Shown: positions 38,641 to 44,388 of the stretch, one piece after another
Layout of the letters: each line of letters begins with the position of its first letter
Numbering within the stretch: position 1 is the first letter of the stretch
DNA from: Candidatus Omnitrophota bacterium
GTDB taxonomy: Bacteria; Ratteibacteria; UBA8468; B48-G9; DTJG01
Direction of reading: 5' to 3'
Assembly: GCA_023818375.1 (NCBI GenBank)
Contig: JAMWCC010000126.1
Coordinates: forward strand, 2,684 to 47,071
Length of the DNA: 44,388 bases
Position numbers and translations under genes: made by a program
Notes under the pieces: generated by a model
Seen by the model: only the letters and a program-made list of their open reading frames with translations
Told to the model about the DNA's origin: nothing
The model's database searches: none

Positions 38641-41600
38641 TTATTCCGGTGAGTATCGATACCAACCACCGGCTTTTTTGATTTCTTGTTCAACTTCATT
38701 TAAATTAATGACATCTCTATGAGTAAGATTGTCTGTGTATATATGCACATCATAAGGATAAAATCTATCAACAAATTTACCATTACTTACTTCAATATTC
38801 CTGGCCTCTGATATGACTTTTAACTTTTTTATTTGACTTGATACAAAGATTTCTGGAGTTACTGTTTCTCCAGAAGTATTTACAGCAATCAAATAAAATT
38901 TTCCATTTAAATCTTTTCCAGAAAAATCAATTCTTTCGTCATTGATGACGACCGTTTTTGTTACATCCTTTCCGTGCAATATAACCTCACTCAGAGATTT
39001 TTTCTCTTTTATCAAATACGGCATGCCCACTCTTAGATCCGGTATGTTAACTGCTCCCCAGTGACCTGGATCTTTTTTCCCGAAAACATAGTAATGAAAT
39101 CCCTTTGCTCCATTTACTATAGCAAGATAATTCATACATCTTTCTTCAATAAAACTTGGTCCTCTACAGTCTCGGGTAGAATATGGAGGTTGAGTGGCAT
39201 AGATCTTGCCATAATCAAAAACTTGGGGTGTTACGCCTATAAATTTTTTCCCTCTTCCTTTTTCCTTTATTTCTTTCATAAAGTTACTTATGTAGGACAT
39301 CGGCCGCGATAGTTTTCCAGTAGTTAATGGATTAACATAAGGATCTGGAATAAACATTTCAGCACATTCTATATATGTACTGATGCCATTAACTGAATTA
39401 TTTGTTAACTGCACTGGATGATATGGGTCTAACTTTTTCAGTAATTGGTAAGTTTCTTTTAATATCCTGGGGCTTATATTTCTATCCTCGGGTTCGTCAG
39501 CAAGATAATAATACAAAAGAGCCGGATGGTTTTTTATAGAATTTATTCTACTGGTTATTACCTCGATTGCTTCATCGGATAAGACATCCTTTCCTGTCAA
39601 GTATTTCTCTCGTTCTTTCCCACTAAAGAACGCTACCACCCCATACTGGTTGATTTTATATAACTCATCAAGGAATTCTCTGGCTTTGTTACCAACTACT
39701 AACGCAATGCCGTCTGCTCCTGTTTTTGCTATTTCCTCAAAAGGTGATCCGCCCCACCATATTATTGGCAATATTGGTTTACCATTTAATACAAGATTAA
39801 GGTTTTCGTCTATGTATACTTCACTACCTTTTGCGGGTGGCATTTTATATAATGGAATAGAAGTCTCATAAAGCGTTTTACCTTTCTCTGTTATTCTTCC
39901 TATAATTTTGTATTCTCCATCCTTCAACTCGGGTATTTCCATCATCACTTTTTGCTCTTTCTTGGCATCAATTGAGATTTTTTTTATTACATTTCCAGTG
40001 CCATCCGTAATTAGAACTTCTTGTTTTAGTGTTTTAATGTCAGCTTCTTTTAATCCAGATTTTATGTCGAGTACTATTGTCTTTATCTTCTGCGTTGAAT
40101 AAATCGAATTTCTGTATAAGGGCTTCAATAGTTCTAATGAAATTTCTGCATAATCAACTTTAATATGGAAACTACCAGTGTAAATATTTCTACTTTTTTC
40201 ATTTATTTCAGCACTAAGTTTATATTCTTTTGCTTCAGGAATTGTTACCGTTAGTTCAATGGCTTTTTCTTTTTTTGGTAAAAGATGGAGATTCACTTTT
40301 TCTAAGACCCCAAGTTTTCTATTGTATATCTCCAGGGTAATTTCTCTTTCACTGTCTGTTAAATTTTTTATGTTTCTTTTCATACTCACATTTACCCATC
40401 CATCATTCCTCTTTTCCACCTCTTTTACTGTAAGACCAGCAAACTCTATTTGATACAGCGATAGATCAACATTTTCAAGTTTACAGGGTTTAAACAAATC
40501 AGGAATATGAAATTGGCCTTTCTCAGCAATCGAACTTTCCTCTTTTCTATCCGCGAGAACCCTCCTGTTTCTTGCAAAGTTCAGGGATACATCCTTTTTT
40601 ATTCTTTCGTGAATTAAGGACGAATAAGGAATAACCACCTCAAGAATCCATCTCTCTTTTTCTTTTGAACTTCCAGTATATAAACGAAATTCTTCTATCG
40701 GACGGCTTACGGTCCCACCCTCTGTCCTCAATTCAACCCCGTAATATCCTGATGAATTAATTACAAAATGATAGTAGTCGAACCTATCATTGTCCAAATC
40801 TATCATTATTTCTACGCTGTCATCATAATATACCTTCAATGTATTTTCCTTTACACTATCCTTAAGATTTTTCATTTCAGGTTCATCGCAAATAAATCCA
40901 AAATAGAGATTGTCATCGTCATAGTTAAAAATTACCTTTGTTTGAACAGGTGCAAGGATGGTAGTGCCTGTCATAAAGAAGTTAGTAAACAATCTTCCCT
41001 GTTCCCAGATTTCTTCATCTAATTTTCCATCAAGGGTAATTTTTTTTTCTTTCCAATTTTTCTTTTTGTATTCATTGAAAATTTCCTCTTCTGTCAATTC
41101 CCCTTTGTATATTTTGACTTCATCAATTGCTCCCATAAACCCATATCCGGAACCTCCAACATATGCACCCACTGTCAGGGGTAGGTTGCGAGTTGTAATT
41201 TCAAACTCGCCGTCACTTTCTGAAACCTTTTTACCATTCAAATACATAAATATCTTCTTGTTTCTGTCCCTTTTGACACAGACATGATTCCATTGGTCTA
41301 GCAAAACTCTGTCAATCGCCGGATTAGTCTTTATTTCCCAGAAATATTTTTCTACCTTACCTCTATATGCAGGACCAAGTCCGCTCCTGAATATTAACAT
41401 GTTCCAGAAATATGTTAATCTCCAACCAGGGCCTATATCTCCGGATGTGTTCAATATTTCAGCAAATTTGCGGAAATCCTTTTTTGAATCGGGTTTTATC
41501 CATACACTTATAGTAAACGGTCCATCCGAGAATTTTTGAAAAAAATCATCCTTCGCTGTCTGAGGGAATACTATACAATCAGACTCTTTCTCTTTTCCAC

Positions 41601-41793
41601 CAAAATATATTCCTTTACCAATTATTCCTTCTACCTGTTCTACCTTACCTCTTATCTTACCCTCAATTCCATGAACACTATCTTTAATTACCTGATCTGA
41701 AATTTCATCGAAAGGTAGATAAAATATTAGCTCCGCTTTTGAAAACAAAAGACTTGCAAAGACAAAATATATCAACGTCGGAAACTTTTTCAT
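38641..41793 (-). CDS. Large secreted multidomain CAZyme-like protein: LamG + CBM9-like + putative glycoside hydrolase barrel
   Basis: Signal peptide. LamG (FTISVWIK, QWNHV, YLNG, GAIDEVKIY), CBM9-like (LDGKLDEEIW, DDSVEIMID, WILEVVIPY, NFAR), C-terminal 'HPALLYYYLADEP..LDPYHP'. Confidence 0.75.
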   Translation of the reverse strand: MKKFPTLIYFVFASLLFSKAELIFYLPFDEISDQVIKDSVHGIEGKIRGKVEQVEGIIGKGIYFGGKEKESDCIVFPQTAKDDFFQKFSDGPFTISVWIKPDSKKDFRKFAEILNTSGDIGPGWRLTYFWNMLIFRSGLGPAYRGKVEKYFWEIKTNPAIDRVLLDQWNHVCVKRDRNKKIFMYLNGKKVSESDGEFEITTRNLPLTVGAYVGGSGYGFMGAIDEVKIYKGELTEEEIFNEYKKKNWKEKKITLDGKLDEEIWEQGRLFTNFFMTGTTILAPVQTKVIFNYDDDNLYFGFICDEPEMKNLKDSVKENTLKVYYDDSVEIMIDLDNDRFDYYHFVINSSGYYGVELRTEGGTVSRPIEEFRLYTGSSKEKERWILEVVIPYSSLIHERIKKDVSLNFARNRRVLADRKEESSIAEKGQFHIPDLFKPCKLENVDLSLYQIEFAGLTVKEVEKRNDGWVNVSMKRNIKNLTDSEREITLEIYNRKLGVLEKVNLHLLPKKEKAIELTVTIPEAKEYKLSAEINEKSRNIYTGSFHIKVDYAEISLELLKPLYRNSIYSTQKIKTIVLDIKSGLKEADIKTLKQEVLITDGTGNVIKKISIDAKKEQKVMMEIPELKDGEYKIIGRITEKGKTLYETSIPLYKMPPAKGSEVYIDENLNLVLNGKPILPIIWWGGSPFEEIAKTGADGIALVVGNKAREFLDELYKINQYGVVAFFSGKEREKYLTGKDVLSDEAIEVITSRINSIKNHPALLYYYLADEPEDRNISPRILKETYQLLKKLDPYHPVQLTNNSVNGISTYIECAEMFIPDPYVNPLTTGKLSRPMSYISNFMKEIKEKGRGKKFIGVTPQVFDYGKIYATQPPYSTRDCRGPSFIEERCMNYLAIVNGAKGFHYYVFGKKDPGHWGAVNIPDLRVGMPYLIKEKKSLSEVILHGKDVTKTVVINDERIDFSGKDLNGKFYLIAVNTSGETVTPEIFVSSQIKKLKVISEARNIEVSNGKFVDRFYPYDVHIYTDNLTHRDVINLNEVEQEIKKAGGWYRYSPE

Positions 41794-41820
41794 TTATCCT
41801 CCCTTCGGTTTCTTCCACAA

Positions 41821-42609
41821 TCAGAAACCCTGTCTCAAAGGCAAAGAACTTCCTACACTATAAGGCGAACAGAATGCCTCAGGTGTTTTTGCTTCTACGT
41901 GGCAATCAACATATAAAACATTTACCAGGCCTACAGAAACAGTACCTGTGCCATACGTTTTTGTAGACAGCCCACCATGTCTGAATGCAATATAAGAGCC
42001 GGAGGGATGACCTGATGGATACGTATAATTGACAAGAACATTATCTATCCATGCATTATCAACGACCCAAACCGCAATGGTAGGATTTGTTACCCTTTGA
42101 ATCCTTCTTGTCGGATAAGTAGGGTCTACCGGATATGGTGGGGAGCCGGTATGCCGACCTACCAACCAGAGATTTATTGCATAATGAGTATAGGTAAAAT
42201 TTCTTCTTTCACTTGGACAAAATAGGTTCTTTCCTCTCGCCTCAGGGACGTCATAATTCGAGCGAGGAGCACCAATATATATTCCATAATTTGTGACTGA
42301 ATATCGTCCATATTTTCCAAGGAGTTCGAACCATGGTCTTGCGCTTACATTACCACTCCAGAAGGCTGGATAAGGACTACTGGCAGGCAAAAGCCATCCA
42401 TCATAATCCTGCGTATAAAACAGCAATGCAAAACCCACTTGCTTCAAATTATTCATACAAATGGATTGTCTTGCCCTCTCCCTTGCCTGCGAAATCACCG
42501 GAAGTAGCATCGCAGCAAGTATCGCTACAATCGCTATTACAACAAGAAGTTCAATTAGAGTGAACCCATGTGGGTTTTGAGAGCGGGCTTTTTGAAACTT
42601 AAGCAACAT
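41821..42609 (-). CDS. DUF1559-type prepilin N-terminal cleavage/methylation domain protein
   Basis: [29 protein letters not shown]...CMNNLKQ, Y..DYD, CPS, and a C-terminal RH...[10 protein letters not shown] variant of the H-X9-DG motif. SD AAGGAGGTG. Confidence 0.92.
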   Translation of the reverse strand: MLLKFQKARSQNPHGFTLIELLVVIAIVAILAAMLLPVISQARERARQSICMNNLKQVGFALLFYTQDYDGWLLPASSPYPAFWSGNVSARPWFELLGKYGRYSVTNYGIYIGAPRSNYDVPEARGKNLFCPSERRNFTYTHYAINLWLVGRHTGSPPYPVDPTYPTRRIQRVTNPTIAVWVVDNAWIDNVLVNYTYPSGHPSGSYIAFRHGGLSTKTYGTGTVSVGLVNVLYVDCHVEAKTPEAFCSPYSVGSSLPLRQGF

Positions 42610-42700
42610 ATTGCACCTCCTTGAAAAAGTGGTTATTTATATAAACAGAACTCAGGATAGAATTTACTCTATCTCTGGTTCTGATAACATGGAGGAAACA

Positions 42701-43816
42701 ATGAATTATATTGGTGTAGATTTGCATAAGGACAGTATGACAATAGTTGGTTGCAGAGAAAATGGTGAAATTTTTGTTAAAGACAAAATTGCCTGTAAGT
42801 GTATAAATAAGATTGAAAAGTTTTTTCTTCAAGAGCAACTTCAACCTTGTAGTGTTGCAGTAGAAGCCATCGGTTTTTACCACTGGTTCTTTGACCTTCT
42901 TGAAGGTAAAGTAGAAAAATTTATTCTGGCAAATCCAATTGAGACAAGAAAATATTCCTGGGATCAACCTAAAACTGATTTTAAAGATGCTACCAAACTG
43001 GCGATTTTGCTGGCAGGAGGTGAATTTGAGAGAAATAAGAGCCTTTCTTGTTTTATACCTGATAAAGCTCTCCGTACATTTAGAGAACTTACCAGACAAA
43101 GACATAATCTTGTCTGCCATCATACCTGTCTTGTTAATAGTGCAAGAAGAATCTTTTTGAAAAATAATCTTTCTGGACCAAAAGTTCTCACTGCTACTAC
43201 CTTGGAAAATTTCCTTACTCAGTTTGGAGAAAAATTCCCTGAATACCACAGACAATTTCTTTACACAATAGCCGATAACCTCCTTTATAATGAAAGACAA
43301 ACAACAAAACTGGAAAGAAACATAGAACAATTCCTGCACCTCGAAAGATTTCAAAAACTTCATGAAATACTGACTTCTATCCCTGGAATCGGTGATATGG
43401 TAGCCGCTACTTTGATTAGTGAGATTGGTGATTTTTCCAGATTTCAAGCACCCGATAAACTTGCTTGTTATTGTGGGCTTGTCCCTATGCTGTGGCAATC
43501 TGCAAATACTGTCAGATATGGAAAAGTTACCAAAAAAGGACCAGTGTATGTCAGAAGAGTATTGGTTAATGCTGCCTGGGTCAGTATCAGACAAGATGAC
43601 AAACCCAGAAGAATATTTAACCGGATATCTAAAAGAGCAGGAAGAAAAAAAGCAATTGTAGCTATAGCAAGAAAACTTTTGGTTTGGTCTTGGTATCTGG
43701 TGGCTGAAGATGAAAAATGGAAAACAATTGCCACCAGCAATCTGACAATCAACTTGTCCGGGATGACCTTGATGAGGCTTTTGAAGAAAGCCGAAATCAG
43801 GGATAATTCCCTTTAG
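42701..43816 (+). CDS. IS110 family transposase/recombinase (DEDD RuvC-like + Tnp domain)
   Basis: YIGVDLHK, VAVEA, KTDFKDA (DEDD); SIPGIG, EIGDFSRF, YCGLVP..WQSA (catalytic Ser region), TKKG, AIVAIARKL. SD GGAGG at 42691-42695. Confidence 0.95.
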   Translation: MNYIGVDLHKDSMTIVGCRENGEIFVKDKIACKCINKIEKFFLQEQLQPCSVAVEAIGFYHWFFDLLEGKVEKFILANPIETRKYSWDQPKTDFKDATKLAILLAGGEFERNKSLSCFIPDKALRTFRELTRQRHNLVCHHTCLVNSARRIFLKNNLSGPKVLTATTLENFLTQFGEKFPEYHRQFLYTIADNLLYNERQTTKLERNIEQFLHLERFQKLHEILTSIPGIGDMVAATLISEIGDFSRFQAPDKLACYCGLVPMLWQSANTVRYGKVTKKGPVYVRRVLVNAAWVSIRQDDKPRRIFNRISKRAGRKKAIVAIARKLLVWSWYLVAEDEKWKTIATSNLTINLSGMTLMRLLKKAEIRDNSL

Positions 43817-43915
43817 GCTACTCCGGTAGCGTGAATAAGGCTCCCAGACTTGGGTATAAGGACTGGTGCAGAAATTAGTACGAATAGTTGAGTGCTGATG
43901 TCGGATTGTGTTTTC
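43817..43915 (+). ncRNA. Candidate IS110 bridge/seekRNA in the 3' non-coding end
   Basis: Three stem-loops: GCTAC-TCCG-GTAGC (C-UNCG-G), CCCA-GACT-TGGG, ATTAGTAC-N10-GTGCTGAT. G-U pairs favour the + strand. Confidence 0.5.
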
Positions 43916-44117
43916 ATAAATTGAGAAAAATTTTGATAAGGAGGTGCTTGGAGTAATATCATCTCTCAAAGTTCCATAGTTGTATCGTCTTCTCATTTTT
44001 TCTTACATCCTTTTCCTGTCCCTCTTTTGGGTTGATCCTGAGAAGATTAGGATTGCTACAATTCCTTTTGCAAATAAGCCCGCAAGTTTCCTCTCTGGCC
44101 TCGTAGTTTTCAAAAAT

Positions 44118-44146
44118 ATTACACAATGAAAAGTGCGGATTGTCAA
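44118..44146 (-). promoter_or_regulatory. Putative sigma70 promoter facing the IS and the DUF1559 operon
   Basis: Minus strand TTGACA (44146-44141), 17-bp spacer, TGTAAT (44123-44118). Confidence 0.45.
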
Positions 44147-44264
44147 TACTTTATTATTTACACATCCAGGAGGATAGGTATACTCCAATATTATATTTAG
44201 GTTTTCTCAGATGTTTTTCTATGGTAAAATCTCCACGAAATAAGTCGGAAGAAAGGGAAAAAGA

Positions 44265-44388
44265 ATGGATAGGAAATACAGAGTGGGCATATGTAAAATA
44301 GACATAACCCCTCCTGTAGGCTATCTATTATGGGGACATCTGAACAGAAATGAGCCCTCAAAAAAAATTCATGACCCACTATTTCTGA
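44265..44388 (+). CDS. Neutral/alkaline ceramidase-like protein N-terminus (3' truncated by window edge; absent from the ORF track)
   Basis: Manual translation MDRKYRVGICKIDITPPVGYLLWGHLNRNEPSKKIHDPLFL matches G....DITP..G..L.G...R......HDPL. Purine-rich RBS upstream. Confidence 0.7.
   Translation, partial: MDRKYRVGICKIDITPPVGYLLWGHLNRNEPSKKIHDPLFL

Larger units (their letters stand above)
42641..43920 (+). mobile_element. IS110-family insertion sequence (boundaries inferred; alternative ends near 42607 and 43950)
   Basis: Intact transposase. ATAAA repeated at 42641-42645 and 43916-43920. Hairpin at 42646-42683 and a structured region after the stop codon. Confidence 0.75.
42613..43947. repeat. 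10-bp perfect inverted repeat pair bracketing the IS
   Basis: GCACCTCCTT at 42613-42622 and AAGGAGGTGC at 43938-43947. Confidence 0.75.

Noticed and set aside
370-41966. Numerous 60-133 aa ORFs overlapping the main genes
   Set aside because: Shadow ORFs without motifs or RBS. They were used only as background to judge the 465-aa antisense ORF.
42611-42700. 30-aa N-terminal extension of the transposase in the ORF track
   Set aside because: TTG start with no RBS. The family motif begins at MNYIGVD (42701), which has a GGAGG SD.
44010-44100. Glycine-riboswitch-like words on the minus strand (GAGAG...AAGG...CTCAGG...GGAC)
   Set aside because: The conserved GGAGA and CCGAAG core is missing, I could not build the P1 stem, and the downstream genes are unrelated to glycine. 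An Rfam scan would settle it.
44003-44379. Two short minus-strand ORFs (61 and 60 aa)
   Set aside because: No motifs. One spans the putative promoter and the other is antisense to the ceramidase-like gene start.
1-44388. CRISPR array, rRNA or long tandem repeats
   Set aside because: No regularly spaced repeats or rRNA-like sequence seen; intergenic regions are too short and non-repetitive.

Overview
AT-rich bacterial chromosomal window with about 40 CDS, 3 tRNAs and 1 IS. The DUF1559 prepilin-like gene, many sugar-catabolic enzymes and secreted LamG/CBM9 proteins suggest a PVC-superphylum-related organism (inference). In order it holds: a partial MgtE; a GH127; a decarboxylase + deoxyhypusine-synthase-like pair (likely homospermidine synthesis); a minus-strand run (amidohydrolase, HpcH aldolase, GH4, thrC, PGM-like putative homoserine kinase, fba, NagB-like); a plus-strand orphan catabolic cluster; glutamate dehydrogenase and oxidoreductases; tRNA-Gly/Arg/Lys; a PPP phosphatase + Ser/Thr kinase pair; ispF; three secreted proteins ending in a transglutaminase/PNGase-like enzyme; a Maf-RlmD fusion; a ferritin-like/lipoyl-domain/aminotransferase operon; and a DUF1559 + large CAZyme pair. 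The most unusual object is an IS110-family element (~42641-43920) upstream of the DUF1559 gene. Its antisense strand is one uninterrupted codon-aligned reading frame (465 aa including flanks), its probable length is a multiple of 3 (1275 bp), it has a structured 3' non-coding region (bridge/seekRNA candidate), and it sits between a Shine-Dalgarno and its perfect complement. This suggests a frame-preserving, non-polar insertion strategy. All calls come from reading motifs by eye; no database searches were run.
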